Part shown: positions 43,781-59,573 of the stretch, piece after piece
Numbering within the stretch: position 1 is the stretch's first letter
Layout: the number at the start of each line of letters is the position of its first letter
NCBI RefSeq assembly: GCF_009914755.1
Contig: NC_060925.1
From: the human T2T-CHM13v2.0 reference genome, Homo sapiens
Reading direction: 5' to 3' (one strand)
Length of the DNA stretch: 64,000 bases
Notes under the pieces: model-generated
The model's input: the letters and a program-made list of their open reading frames with translations, nothing else
What the model was told of the DNA's origin: nothing
Database searches by the model: none
Translations under genes and position numbers: made by a program

Positions 43781-44986
43781 CATGAAATAATTTTCCATGA
43801 TGCTAATACATATTGGGAAAATGGTCAGCAAGCACCTAAAATAGATAAAGAAATAAATATAGAGAAGACAAAAGATACGTCTGGTAGCTGTTCTCTTTAG
43901 TCCTGAGGTGGTTTATTAGGAAAGGTCATTTTGGGTGGGCAACAGCATAAGAGAGAGTCTGTTTTTCCTTAGGGAGCTGCACTTCCTGTGAGCTTAGACC
44001 TATGCTTTGAAGTTACGATGTTTCAAAGAATGCTCAGTCTGTGACTTAAAGCCTCCATTTTCGAGACTTTTACAAGTTGTTAGCTTGCTTGAATGTTTGT
44101 TAAAATAAAAAGTTAAGAAAATTTGGCTAATATGTTTTCTATAGTCTTTGAGAAAGAGACAACAAATCTGATCATATTGAAAGAAAGTGACACACAGGGA
44201 AAAATAGGGGAATTTCTCTACACTGACTCTTAACTCATTTTGTCTGCAAACCTACTGACTTCATTTGCAGTGATTTTATGGAGTAAGAGGATTACTGTCA
44301 ATGTGAACAGTTTGTATGTGCAACTTTTGTTCTTATAGCAAAAATGTAGGCTAAGATGCCAGCACCATTAGCTGCCTGTCTTTTACAATCACCCAGGGAG
44401 CTCCCACTGAACAGCCACCAAACGAGGACAGTTTAATGTAAATTGAATAGTGCCCCTAATATTACATTGCCATTTAGCACTCAACTTCTAAGTAAGTGTC
44501 AGGGTAGCATGAGCCAAGTTCTACTCTGGGGCCTGCACAGTGATTCATGAGTGGCTATTAATGTTACCACCGGTTACAACAAAAACATGTCACTGAACTT
44601 GAAGAAACCATTTTACCAGTGCTGCTTTCTTCTTTCCATTGTGGTTTATTTTCAAATTGCTTATTTCTCACCTAATACACCCTGCTGCCCCCATTCATTC
44701 TGAAAGAATATTTACATGAGGATAGTTGCAATAAGGGGATGGTGGGTCCCTCAAGCTGAACCCTTCTAGGTTTGATTCCTAGGCCAAGGCAAGGAAGGTA
44801 TAAGCAACATTAAACCTGTAAGCAAAATAAGCTTGGGCCAGAAATGTAAGTGTCAAATATGAGGAGAAGAGATGGGATTCAAATGCAAAGTGTAATCAAG
44901 ATCATGATAAAGGTCAGATTGCAAAGTCATCACCAGAGTGAAAAATCTATGATTTCCAGAATCTGGATTGGGCAGAGAAAGCACCC

Positions 44987-45732
44987 AGGACTACCGCTAA
45001 GATTTATGAGGCCCTAAACAATAGTACAAATGGAGGCCCATTTCTCATGTATCTTATGTTCAAATGTTGTAATTCAACCTCTGCCCAAGGCCTGGCTCGT
45101 GTTTCTATCCTAGTGCTCCTACCCTCAGGGCCTCAGCCTATTCACCAGGGATGACTTTGTGAAACTACCCTATAGGCTTCTAAGCCTGAGTGGGAACATG
45201 ATCTGCTGGGGCAAAGCCTACTGCTGGACACCTGGGCAGGGACCAGCCCAAACTCAGAATGGAGAGTGACCATATCAGGCTCCTCAGGGAGCCAAGAGGG
45301 ACAGGTTCCCCTGCCCCATACTTTTCCCATTCATGATACTGAGGTAGTTCCAAATGCCTCTCAAAAACAAAAGCCCTGAGAACAAAGGAGGGGAGGAACG
45401 TAGTGTTTGGGAGATCTCGGAGCAGCCAAGTTTAAGGAAATCAGCATCTCTTCCTCTGATGAGTCAGGACTATGGCTGGGTCTTCTCTTTCTCCATATGC
45501 GCTTGCACACTCCCAGCTCTGCTCTCTGGCCTAAGGCACCTAGTTTTACTTCCTCTAGAAGGTACCCCACCTGTAGTGACACAGTACTCAATTAGTTACA
45601 GATCCTTCTAGAAATATTCTTAGGAAAGAATAAAATTGGTCTTGTGTTTCAGTGTTTGTGATCTGCAGGACCCTTTGTTACACAGACCCAGGACCAGGGA
45701 TCCCTCCTTGCCTGGGTCTAAGGGCAGAACTG
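44987..45732 (+). mobile_element. MER115-like hAT-Tip100 DNA transposon (possibly interrupted)
   Basis: Ends caggactaccgctaaga / tctaagggcagaactg form imperfect TIRs; internal agtacaaatggaggccca recalled from MER115. Confidence 0.5.
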
Positions 45733-45831
45733 AAAGCAGCCTATCGGTCTCTAGAAGTCAATTGCAAACCCAGAGGAGTGTAACTAATTGCCTTAAGTGC
45801 CAGGCATCCTCTGATGGTGGCCTGTACTCTA

Positions 45832-46194
<363 letters not shown>

Positions 46195-46846
46195 CTAGTG
46201 GGACACTACTTCCCTCTCTAAAGAAAGACTAAAACGATCATGTTTAGAAAGCACTAGAGCATACTTAAAATAATCAAACAGAGTCATCTACAGTGGAAAA
46301 TCAAACTATGAACAGATGAGTGTGAACGTTTAACTCATTCACACTCAGATGAGTAAATGTTTAACTTTTAAAAAGAGAGTAATTACAATGGAGCATAAGC
46401 TTTGGCGTAAACTCTCAGTCCATGAGGCAGCCTTTTAGACAGTAATGGGCATCTGAAATTATGTTTCCAGTCTGGGAAAGATTAGCAGTAATCTAGAATT
46501 TGCATTAATCATACCCATATATACAAAACTAGAAAGGACTCACAGAAATGTCACCTTCAAATACCTATTTCATGAATGTCTACAGTTTTGTGCTTTGTTA
46601 ATTTCACAAGAAGGAACAGGTACTAGGGCAAAGGGATTAGTTAAGGAACCAAAAAAGCCTAAAATGGGTGGAGAGCTAACTACTAAATTAAGGTTTAGTC
46701 CAATATCCACTACAATGGTTTGCACATAAGTGAGCCTCAAAAAATGAAAATGATTGAAATTACATCAAATCAAAAATTTTCTCAAGTTAATAAGCATCAA
46801 GCTTTTCTGGATGCCGATAATTTTGAGCTATAAGAAGGTACAGTTT

Positions 46847-47156
<310 letters not shown>

Positions 47157-49097
47157 AAGAAGGTACAGCTCTTAGTATTGACCTCATCATTCCCCTCTCT
47201 CCGCTCATCCAATGACTATAGTCTACTCAGTGGTTCCACTATGCATACTTGTAAGGTAATGATTTAGATTCAGGATAGAGTCTCTATAGATTCTGTAAAG
47301 TCTCTTTGGGTAAATACAAAAAGTGTTTTAAAAAGGTGTCATATAAAATTTCTTAGAATATTTTGAAAAAGCATAAAGGATGTCTCATTATTTTCTTTGC
47401 GCTAAGCAACTAGTTTCAATAACAAGTCCTGAATAGCAAATAAAAACTTGAGAGATTCAGAAATCCATGCTGCTGCATACGACAAGGAAACTGAAATTAC
47501 AGATATTCTCCAATGAGTGCCCAAACAGACTCAATGAGGAATGATTTGTATTGAACTGGGACATAAGACTTTGAGGTTGTTGTGTTGACAAATACCTTGC
47601 AGAATGGACAACACAAATATAGACACCGGCACAAAACATGGAGAAGAATTTTAGAATCTTGCTAAATATCTTAATTTAGACTAAAGATAAATCCAAGGTA
47701 AATTACTTCTAACTTTGAAAAATAGAAGATCCATCCACAGAAAATCTACTTTAGATGTGGGGGACCACACTAATGTTATCTCTATATCTCATATGGTCAA
47801 TCTTCTTCTTGACCTTCAGTATAGGACCCACATATAATAAAATGATTTTACCCACTGTTAGGACTTTCTGGGTAATGTTACACTAGATCAGGCCAGGACA
47901 GACAAAACTTACCAGTCATTTCAGATTATTGCATAAAAACTCTCACATATCTTCTGTTTTCATGAACAGGAGACAAGCGGCATTTCCGTCTCTATAAACA
48001 ATCCATCTCCATCTCCATCTCCATATTCTTTACGGAAGCTCACACATGCACGATAACTTAAGCCATTTGCCAGTAAATAAATAGAATAAATAAATAATAA
48101 GACAACATAGTGCTTAATTTTCCTTTTCTTTTTCTTTCTTCCTTTTTTTTTTTTTTTTTTTTTTGGCTTTAGGCAGCAAAATGCTTAAGCACTGAAATGG
48201 GCAAAAAGCAGTTTTAAGAATATAGGTCAGGACATTAATATAAATTTGATCACCTCCTTTTTATTCTCTAACATCCCCCACAATAAATCAGCCCACTTTC
48301 CTCCACCCTCTCCTCACACACACTTCACACTCCCGTCCTGATTTTGGATCACTGAATGTAAATCTGTGACAAGGGTATCTATATATAATATTAATGGTGC
48401 CGAGGAGGGCTGGTGTGAAGTGTGAGAGCTTGCCAAGAAAGGAGCGATCTGAGCCCAGCCGTTCATCCTCTGCAGTGAGCTCTACATCATCTGCAGGACA
48501 AATGTAACATCATTAGAAAAAGAAAAAAAAAAGAGGAGGAGGTGGGGAAGTAGACATTCTGCAAGGAAATGGCTAAGTTGGAGGTTCCAATCAATCTTAC
48601 TAAGCCAGGTTCCCTGAGATACCGTCAGCCACTACAGACAAAACAGATTGCTAGAGAGATCACTGAGAGTCGAACAAACAAACAAACAAACAAACAAACA
48701 GGAAAATACAACCTGGTTATCAGAGATTTACTCAAGTACCAGTTAGCATTTTAAATGTATTTACCTGTTTGTGCCCAGGAAAGAGAAGGAAGTTTGCTTT
48801 ATCCTTAAATAAAGGAATTCGAAAAATTGGCATTGTAGGGGGCACTTTATTAAAATAGCCGATAAGCATTTGTTGTAGGTATAAAAAGAAATTATTACAG
48901 GGATCTTGGGAGACAAGATTTCAAAAACGCATGAAGCATAGAGAAGTTTGAGTTTCAGTCTTTACTTTGTGCCAATGTTTACCTTCCAGGTTGCTGTGTG
49001 TCTGAGTTTCTAAGGTGGGAGGGTGTCAGTTCAGTTACAGGCATAAGGACTGTCCAACTCAATATCTTTAGGAAGTGATTCTACAGCATTTGATGCC

Positions 49098-49450
49098 TGT
49101 TATGGATTGGATGTTTGTGTTCCCTCAAAATTTATATGTTGCAATCCTAAACCCCTAACGTGATGGTGTTAGTAGGTGGGGAGCTTGATAGGCAATTAGG
49201 TCATGAGGATGGAGCTTCCATGATGGGATAAGGGCCTCATGAGGGAATGAAGAGCCCAGAGCTCTCATTCCTCTGACATCTAAGGATATAAGATGAAGAT
49301 GGCCATCAGCAAACCAGGGATAGGGCCTCCACCTGACCATACTGGCATCCTGATCATGGACTTCCAGCCTCCAGACTGTAAGAAATAAATTGTTGCTTAA
49401 GCCACCGAGACTGTGGTAGTTTGTTATAGCAGCCCAAGCAGACTAAGATG
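49098..49450 (+). mobile_element. MLT1A0-like LTR
   Basis: tgttatggattggatgtttgtgttccctcaaaattt...ttgttatagcagcccaagcagactaaga. Confidence 0.85.
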
Positions 49451-51017
49451 ATCGCCAACTGAGAGAATGAAACTGACACATTTCCCTTAATTATAGGAAC
49501 GGGTTAAATGAAATCCAAGTTTCATTACCCATATGATTTCACTTAGTCCACTTGTCACTTAATTTGGAGTCTGACTAGTTATTCTGATTTGTCATCTAAA
49601 TTGCTACCAAATCTATACCACTGAGCCATTTAGTTGAAGTTAGTGGATTTTTCTCTTACAAAGTTTTTTAGCATTCACTTTGGATGATTCCCAAGTCCTT
49701 TCACTGAGGGTCAGAATTAGTCTGAACCCAGTCTAGAGTTTTCAGGCCTCATAAATCTTACCCAAAGTCAATATCTTCAGTCAATATTGATAAATCAATT
49801 TTATTTCAATTTTAATGAATGCTCAGAATAACCCAGAAATCAATAACTTAATATTTAAAAACAAGCATCCCCCATCTGCATCCAATATCTTTTTGAAGTT
49901 TATTCATTCATAGTTTGAAGTTAAAGAAATTAGGTGCTTACCTTTTGCAATAGTCTTGTTTTCAAATTATAATAAGCAAAACTATTGCTCCAACCAGCCA
50001 TTTAATTTAGTGCCCTGTTTACTGGAGAAGATGACCTGTGGGTAGTTCCATATTTAAGCTAGTGAAAAGAATTGGTACTTAATGTAACCAAACTAAGAAA
50101 GTGCAAGATCATGTTTAATTGCATCAAACTCCACTCTTTAAGCTCTTAGAGGATCTCATTATCAGTATCTCACAGAATACTGAACTTGTCAAATAATAAT
50201 TCTTTTTCCCTCTATGAATGGCCATAGTTTGTACTTAATTTAAACTGAGATGTACTTAATTTAAAATGATGGTTATGGAAAAAAATCAGAATATTTTGTT
50301 TTTTTTTTTAACAATAATGCACTGGGTGTACACAGTATGCTCAAGTATACAAAGAAGTATAGAAATTCTCTAAGTAGGCAATGCAAACATGGGAAACTAT
50401 TTAAATAGAAATTTGATTTTGACGCAGATGGCCACTAATTCTGACTATGGAAAGGAATGGCCCCTAATCATAATTATTACTGCACTAACAACTCACCAAT
50501 CCATCCTGGAAAAAATAAACAACTGGCTGAACTTAACTATTAAAGAGCCCTGGGCAAATTATTTACATTTCCCGTTATAGCCTCTCTTGCAAAATAAAGA
50601 GTAGATGAACTGAAACATGAGATCAGGCATGAATGAGAATTATTTTTTATTATTCTTAAACAGATGATGGGTAAATGTTAGTCACATAAAGATAAGATGT
50701 ATTTGCTTATTCTGTTTAATTTTGTACCACTTTACTTATGTAACAATGGAGGAATTTGTAAAATTGAAAACAATGTTGCAAATATAATTTGATTCAGATG
50801 ATCTTGATTGGTGGCTCATTTTTATGGGTCATCTCTTTTAAATTTTAAATTAGTAGGAAATTAATATACTTACTAACATTTAAAAATGTCCTACTGTTGC
50901 CTTTCTAAATAGAATTTATCTTCCATTGCATTATGGAAGCTTTAGAAAATATATAGTACAGAATGATTTTCACAATTTTTTTTCAAAGGAGCTGTGATTT
51001 ATTAATTAAATATGTCT

Positions 51018-51283
51018 GGCTGCGCATGGTGGCTCACGCCTGTAATCCTAGCACTTTGGGAGGCTGAGGCGGGCAGATCATTGAAGCCAGGAGTTTGAGA
51101 CCAGCCTGGCCAACATGGTGAAACCCCATCTCTACTAAAAATACAGAAGTTATCTGGGCAAGGTAGTGCATCCCTGTAGTCTTAGCTACTCAGGAGGCTG
51201 AGGAGGGAGCCTAGGATGTTGAGGCTGCAGTGAGCTGAGATCATGCTATTGCACTTTAGCCTGGGTGACAGAGTGAGACTCTG

Positions 51284-51316
<33 letters not shown>
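51018..51316 (+). mobile_element. Alu (AluJ/S-like) with (TA)n tail
   Basis: Dimeric Alu with a small right-arm deletion; tail converted to (AT)n. Confidence 0.93.
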
Positions 51317-51318
<2 letters not shown>

Positions 51319-52500
51319 GGACATTTTGACTAAATTTTCAGCTCCTTGTTTGATGGAACTATCTGTCATTCACAGTTTTTACCCTGAGCATTCACAGGAT
51401 TGGGCCCTGACCCAGGAATGGAATGTTGTGACTATGCAAGTAGCCACCTGCCTGCAGGCTTATTATTTCTCTTATTAAATGGAGGATTCGATGAGATAAT
51501 CAGTGAAACTTCTTTTCAGAGAGAAAGCTATGATTTGATGAATTATGAATTGAGGACGCAGGAGCTGCTCTATTGGGTCTTAATAGTTGTAAGCCTTTGT
51601 GGGGAAAAATCATGTAAACAAATAGCAACTAGATAAGAAATTATTATAGTGGACAAGCTGTAAGGGAAGAGCTGGGAATCTTAAGCTAAGAATGAAACAG
51701 GGCTTAAAATGAAGAAATCTTTGAGCTGTGTGTGGAAAGACAAGTAACATTCCCAATAGGGAAAGAAGGAACTCATTTCAGGTCACAAGGACAGCCTGAG
51801 CAAAGATAAAGTTTGTTTGGTTGATTAGCTCAAGATAGCTGGGGCACACTATAGGTGAACAGGTGTAATAGAAGATAAAAATACTGATCTTAATTACTGG
51901 GATTTGAGAGAAAGAAAAGGTTTGGTCTTGGTGCACAAGAAAGCTTTAACAGAGAAGATGGGACTTGAGCTGAATCTTGGAAAATGAGTAGGATTCGAAG
52001 AGGAGCAGGAGAGGATAAGAGTGAACTTAATATAGAGAAGAATATATTTGATAGATGTATTTAGGGCTGGAAAACAGTTTGATTAGAATAAAGCACTTGT
52101 ATGAAAATAATCATGACTGTAAAAGAAGATCAGGAAGATTTTGGAGAAGGATAGAACATTCCCAGTAAATAGTTTGTCTAATTCTCATGTATTAGGGTAT
52201 CTCTGCTATGCGATGTGCAAAGGAATCAAATAATGATAACATTGGGAAGCCAGGAGTGGCAGCAGAATATCAGGTGGCCTAGAAAACAGAAGGACTGAAA
52301 TAGAGGAACCAGTAGGGAAACTGTTACTCAACCTGATGCATGAGATGATTAATAAAGAAAAAGAACTCCAAGACTTAGTTGACAAAACAAATATGATATA
52401 CGAAGTAGAGAAAACGTTCAAAGATGGTATGAGAATGTGGCACCTTTAGCACTCACATATAGCATGTACAAAAATATTCATTTTGAAAGATTATATTCTT

Positions 52501-53143
52501 TTTTTACTTCTATTTTAAGTTCAGGGGTACATGCGCAGGTTTGTTACATAGGTAAACTTTTGTCAAGGGGGTATGTTGAACAGATTATTTCATCACCCAA
52601 GTATTAAGCCTATTACCATTATTTTTCCTGATCCTCTTCCTCCTCCCACCCTCTACCCTATTATAGGCACCTGTGTCTGTTGTTCCCTTCTTTGTGTCTC
52701 TGTGTTCTCATTGTTTAGCTACCACTCATAAGTGAGAACGTGAGGTATTTTGTTTTCTGTTCCTGTGTTAGTTTGCTAAGGATAATGACCTCCAGTTCCA
52801 TTCATATCCCTGCAAAGGGCATTATCTTGTTCTTTTTCATCGCTGTGTAGTATTCCATGGTGTATATGTATCATATTTTCTTTATCCAGTTTATCACTGA
52901 TGGGCATTTAGGTTGATTCCATGTCTTTGCTATTGTGACTAATGCTGCAATGGATATAGAAGTACATGTATCTTTATAAAAGAATGATTTGTATTCCTTT
53001 GGGTATATATCCAGTAGTGGGATTGCTGGGTCAAATGGTATTTCTGTCTTCAGGACTTTGAGGAATCACCACAGTGTCTCCAACAATGTTTGAACTAATT
53101 TACACTCCCACCAACAGTGTATAATTGTTCCTTTTTCCCCACA
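52501..53143 (-). mobile_element. 5'-truncated L1PA13-16-like 3' end
   Basis: ttttaagttcaggggtacatgcgcaggtttgttacataggtaaac...; 16-bp TSD gaaagatt(a/g)tattctt (52485-52500 and 53144-53159). Confidence 0.93.
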
Positions 53144-53247
53144 GAAAGATTGTATTCTTAACATGAGAGGTCATTGCAAAAATGCAGCAGGCAAAACCAG
53201 GTCTCACAGAATACAGAGGACTGTTTGGAAAGTAATAAAGTTGGCAC

Positions 53248-53350
53248 TATATATATATGTGTGTGTATATATATATATATATACACACACATATATATAC
53301 ACATATATATATAGAGAGAGAAAATATATATATGTTTCAACATATATATA
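53248..53350. repeat. Compound (TA)/(TG)/(CA)/(GA) microsatellite
   Basis: Read directly from the sequence. Confidence 0.9.
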
Positions 53351-54889
53351 TGTTGAAAAAATATTTGGCTGACAATAACACAAATGCTAATTATGGGTTG
53401 CAAAAATAAGAATTTATTTCACAAAGCAAGAAGACTATTAGTAAATATTTGCTCTGTAGGTTCAGCTACTTGAGAAACTTTGTCTTTCTACTCCAACTTT
53501 CTTAAGGTATAGGTATTCATCTTCAGGTTCGTTACCTGGTCACAACATAGCTGCTACTTCTCCAGACATTACATTTTCATGAAGGGAAGAAAAGGTAAAA
53601 ATTTATCCCTTTATATTATGAAAGCAAAAGCTTTCCTAGAAATCCCCAGCAGACTTTAATTTACATTTTGTTGGCCAGAGCTGATTGACATGGCCATTTC
53701 CATGTCAATCTCAGTAAGGGGGTCTGGGAGTGTTTCCTGGGCACAACTGCATACCAAAGACAGGATTCTGTTAGAAAGACAGAAAGAAAAATGGATATTG
53801 TGTATGCAATTAAAAAAGTATGCCAGGGTATATTTCGTCGCATAGTAAATAAAAGTTCTAGAAGGTGATTGCTTTCAAGTGATAAAAAAATTTTTGTCAT
53901 TAAAATTTGACCTAGTTGGTTGACCCTTCCGAATCTCTCTCAAAATTTTTCCTCTCCCTGTCTTCCCCATTTCCTTGAATGGCACTCATCTGGCTTGGAC
54001 TATAGCAGTGACCTCAATTGGTCACTTTGTCTCTATCCTCTTGCTCTATTACTATATTCTATACAAGAAGAATAATCTTTTTTACAGGAGGAAGTTACAA
54101 CTCAGTTTCCAGTTTACCTAAAGGTCAATGCAAATAGGAACACTATAAATTGATATGGTCGAGCTATTTACAGAAAATTCCTTAGCCTTAAATACTTTTA
54201 GTATTAAACATTAAAAATGAATTAAATAGCACTCATTCATTCAGCTGAAAAACCACAATAATGTATACTAAAATTAGGTGGGAAAAGGAATTAATAAAGA
54301 CAAATGATAAAATAATGATTTAGGAGAAATTAGTGAGATTGATCTATAATAAAAAGAGCTAATATCTTGAAAAGATCAATAAGTTAAAACTCTAAAAATC
54401 TCCTTTGTGGAAAAAAAGAGAATACACATAAGTGTGTATATGTGTATATATAATATATTATGAACAAGAAGAGGGATATAACAAATTCTCAAGTATAATA
54501 AATTAAATATGAGAAAGGGGCTATAGCACATTTTTCAAAATATTATTGTAATATGATAAATTGTTCTAGACAGTTTCACATGTATTTAAAATAGAATTTG
54601 TGGTGTTCACGGAAATGTGAAATAAGTAATATTAATCTGGAAAATGATAGCCATGAAAGAAAATGAGCCATCCTATAACCATTATAAAAAAGGATAAGGC
54701 TAGTTTACAGGTGACTGCTGTCAAATTTTCAACAATGTAGTGTTATCATTTTGTTTACCTCATTCCCAAGCATAGAAACAGATAAATTTCAATTTATCTT
54801 TTGTGTCCAACATAATTCTGATACCAAAACCCAACCAAGATTATGTCAAAAATGAAGCCAGTGGTTTAGTCTTAGTCATGACTATACCC

Positions 54890-56722
54890 TGCTCTCCCAC
54901 AGTCTATTAAGTTTGTTCCAAACCTTCCTATTTCTCATTTAACCACCTAATCTTCCTCCATCATTCTCAGATGTGATCTTTCCAGAGAGAAATTGATGCC
55001 ATAGCTTTGCAGGTGGGAACTCTTCCCTCAACTTTAGGCCATCCAAAGTACAAACTGTATCTGCCTGCATCCTGACCCAATTGTTTCCTGTTAAAACAGA
55101 GCAGGCATTCCCTCCACGATACTCAATTCCTCAGCATGAGCTTGAATTTTGCCCCCATCCCCTACCACTCTCTCAGCTGTCTCTCACTAGAAATATTCCC
55201 CTCTCAACTTCTGTCTTCACCATTGTATCTTGTTAAGGCCTTCTCATCAGCATTTAAACATTCTCAAGTCTTCTTCCATCTAGGGGAACAAACCCACACT
55301 TAATCGGTAACATCCCCCATCTGCTTACTCTCCTTCTGCTCTCCAGCCAAATTTCCTCAAGGAAAAGTCCTCAAAGCCTTTTCTTCCAATTCCATATTTC
55401 CCACACACTTCACAGCCAACATTAATGTGGCTTTTGTTCACTGTATTCTAAGACATCTCTTGCTGGTAAATATTTTTCATAAGTCCATGACCACCAAAGC
55501 GACATTCCATACTGATCCCCACCTCACTTGTACATAGTTCTCTTCTCCACTTTTTATAACACCATATTCTTTTCCTCCTAGCTCTGTAACTGTTTTTTTG
55601 GTCTTTTCTAGCTCATCCTCATCTAAATTAAATGTTAGAATGGTCCAATCAAAGTTTGGCATATGTTCTCTTTTATTCTCAGTCTAATTCTCCGTTTAGG
55701 CAATCTCACTCCTACCTGAGTTGCAAATGCCCTGCTGACTCTCAAATTTTTATCTCTAGCTCACCCTGCTCTAAGCTCCACATACACATGTCCAGTCATT
55801 TATCTGATATCTCCACTTGACTGTCTTATAGTCATCTCATAGATGACATATCCAAAATTAAACTCATGGTCTTCTCCATAAATCTATTCGTTCTCAATTA
55901 TTTTTAAATACTGGCCTCATCAAATACCCAGTTTTACAAATCATATAACCTTGACAACTTCTTCTCCTTCATCCCTATATATATTCAATGATCAAATCCT
56001 AACAGTTTTACCTCCTAAATATCTCCTGAGTCTCTCCATTTAACTCCATTTTCACCGACAGAACTCACAATCATGCCATCATCTACTGCATAGATAAATC
56101 TATTATTCTCCCAACTAGTCACCATAAAATACTATTTCTTGTCTTCAAATTTTCTTGACTGTACAACTAAAATCATCTATTTAAATTCCTCTGTGGCTGT
56201 AAAGACCAAAAGGAAATCCTCAACCTGCCCTGCAAGGGCTCTCTGCAGTTAGCCACAGTCTACCCCATCCTCACCTCAGGCTGCTCTCCAATGTGCTCCT
56301 TGCACTCCAGCCACACTGGCCTTCTCTTTTAATTCATCAAATGTAATGTCCTCCTTTCTACTCCAGAGCCTGGTCACTAATTATTTGAAATTTTTGATCT
56401 CCTTAATTATACTCCATCACTTCTGCCTAAATAACTCCTAGTTAAATATATTAGGTATTTGACTCAATTATCACTTCCGCTTAAAAGCCTTCTCTAGACT
56501 ACGTAAGTCCTCTCAATTATATTCTCCTGTAGTACTCTATATCCTACTTCAATTGTAATTAAATAATTGGTTTAAAAATGCATGACTCTCCACCAGACTC
56601 TAAACTCTAGGAAGGCAGGCACTGTGAATTCTCATAGCTACCTTCACAGTTCCTAGTGCAATGCCTCATACAAAGCAGACATTGAGTAAATATGTGTTGA
56701 CTGAAGGAATAAATACATGAAT
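54890..56722 (+). mobile_element. L2a LINE (~1.8 kb 3' part)
   Basis: ctgactctcaaatttttatctctagc; ctccagccacactggccttc; tail gtaaatatgtgttgactgaaggaataaatacatgaatg. Confidence 0.8.
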
Positions 56723-57034
56723 GCAAAAATACCTATTAGCAACAAAATCAATTGAACAAGCAAGTTTATTTCAGGACTGTAAAGATGGGTCAATACCAGG
56801 CATCTATTATTTTAATACATAACTCTAATTTATTAAAGGTATAATTACATAATGACATGTCAAGTCATTTGATAATATTCAAATAAAAATAATAAAGTCT
56901 TAGTAACTTGAAAATAAAACAGACATAATACAATAGAGAATATATGTCATAGAGAGCATCTTTTGATGTAATAGGAATACACTATGTGTAACAAATGTGT
57001 GAGGAACAAGAAATAACAGCTATGTTGAAGATTG

Positions 57035-57800
<766 letters not shown>

Positions 57801-59280
57801 AGCATATTCTGTCCATTAGTATTGGACATTTTTCTGAAGGTTCTAGCCAAGGTGATAAATGAGACTACAGAAAGATACACAATACACAACGATGGGCAAT
57901 GAAAATAAGTAATTGTCATTATTCGTTAGTGATATAATGCTATAAGACTTCAAGAGAGTCAGCTGAAAATCTATTAAGAATATTAGAATTGGAATTTAAA
58001 AAACACTTATAAAAAACCAAGTCTTTCTTTATATCACAAATAGCCAGTCAAAAAACATTATAAAGTGATTCCACTGTAATATAACAATGAAATAAAACAC
58101 CACTTTCCTGGAGCATACATTTTTCTTGGGGATGAGAAACAGTAAACAGACAAACTAATATATCATAAGTAAAGTAGGGATAAACGCTGAAGAGAAAATC
58201 TAAACAGGATCAGGGAGATAGGAAATATGGGGAGAAGTATGAAATGAGGTGCAATTTTATGTAGGATAGCCAAGAAAAGCCTCACCAAGAAGTTCACATT
58301 TGAGTAAAGACCTACCTAAAATAGATGAGGCATGAGCCATGAGACCTACCTGGAAGGTAACAGCTTTTCAGGCAGAGGGAACAACAGCATAGAGATCCTC
58401 AAGCTGCATGTGGTATGTTCCTGGACCATCAAGAAGGCTGGTATGGCTGACCTGACATGGGATAATTGAGGGAAAGGGAGTTGGAGATGGGGTCCCAAAG
58501 ATCTGGAGGTGGGGTGGTGGTGGTGATGGTGGAACACAGCTTATAGAGTCCTCAAAAGTTCTGCTCTGAATGAGATGGAAACCATAAAGTTTTACAGAAG
58601 AACATTAAGGAAGACATAATGCATAAATGCAGAGATAAATTCTGCTTCCAGGATGGAAAGATTCAGTATTCTAAAGATGTCAAAGTTCAAAAAATCCCAA
58701 TAAATTGTTTTTAGAATATGACAAATTGATTTTTTGTTTGTCTGAAAAAAAATATACACAGGGGAATATAGACAGTTTTGTATATTAAAAATAATGATGA
58801 AAGACTCACCCAACCAGACATCAAAATATATTTTAAGCTATAGTAAATAAGTATATTTGATACTACTAGGGAACAGATTAATTAAACTAGATAGAGCCTC
58901 AGAGTGTATATGGGAATTTCCTATATAAGAAATAGGTCATTATAAATCAGTGGGTAGAGGATGAATTACTCAGAAGATCAGTGGTAAAGCATGGATTATT
59001 CAAAAGGTAAAATGTGATCAATTTAGTTAAACATTAGGGAACAAAATAAATTTAGTTTCCTATCTCATACCATATTTAAAAGCATATTTTCAATGGATTA
59101 TAAACATTTAAACCATAGGAATATAAAAAGAAAATACAGGACGTTTTTTCTAATTTGCAATATTTAGTTAGGGAAACCTTTTCTTATCATTATACTACTG
59201 AAAGGAACTAAGAAGTAAATAACAGATTGATCATGTGGAAATATGAAACTTCTGTATGGAAAAATAATACCATCAGTTCA

Positions 59281-59573
59281 GCTGGGCATGTGGCTTACAC
59301 GTGTAATCTCAGCACCTGGGGAGGCTGAGGTGGGAGAATCGCTTGAGCCCAGGAGTTTGAGACCAACCTGGGAAACATGGTGAAACCACATCTCTACAGA
59401 AAATAAATAGAATTAGCCAGGTGTGGTGGTGTACACCTGTGGTCCCAGCCCTGGGGTTCTAGGCTGAGGTGGGAGGATTGCTTGAGCTGAGGAAGTCTAG
59501 GCTGCAGTGAGCCATGATTGTACTCCAGCCTGGGCAACAGAGCAAGACCCTGTTCTGAGAAAAACAAAAAAAG
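59281..59573 (+). mobile_element. Alu (AluJ-like)
   Basis: gcttgagcccaggagtttgagacc; ggaggattgcttgag; partial TSD aataccat. Confidence 0.92.

Noticed and set aside
50230-50265. tgtacttaatttaaa x2
   Set aside because: Ordinary short slippage duplication in AT-rich DNA.
58346-58537. ORF starting with poly-His (MFHHHHHH)
   Set aside because: It comes from a short (TGG)n run inside an L2 fragment.
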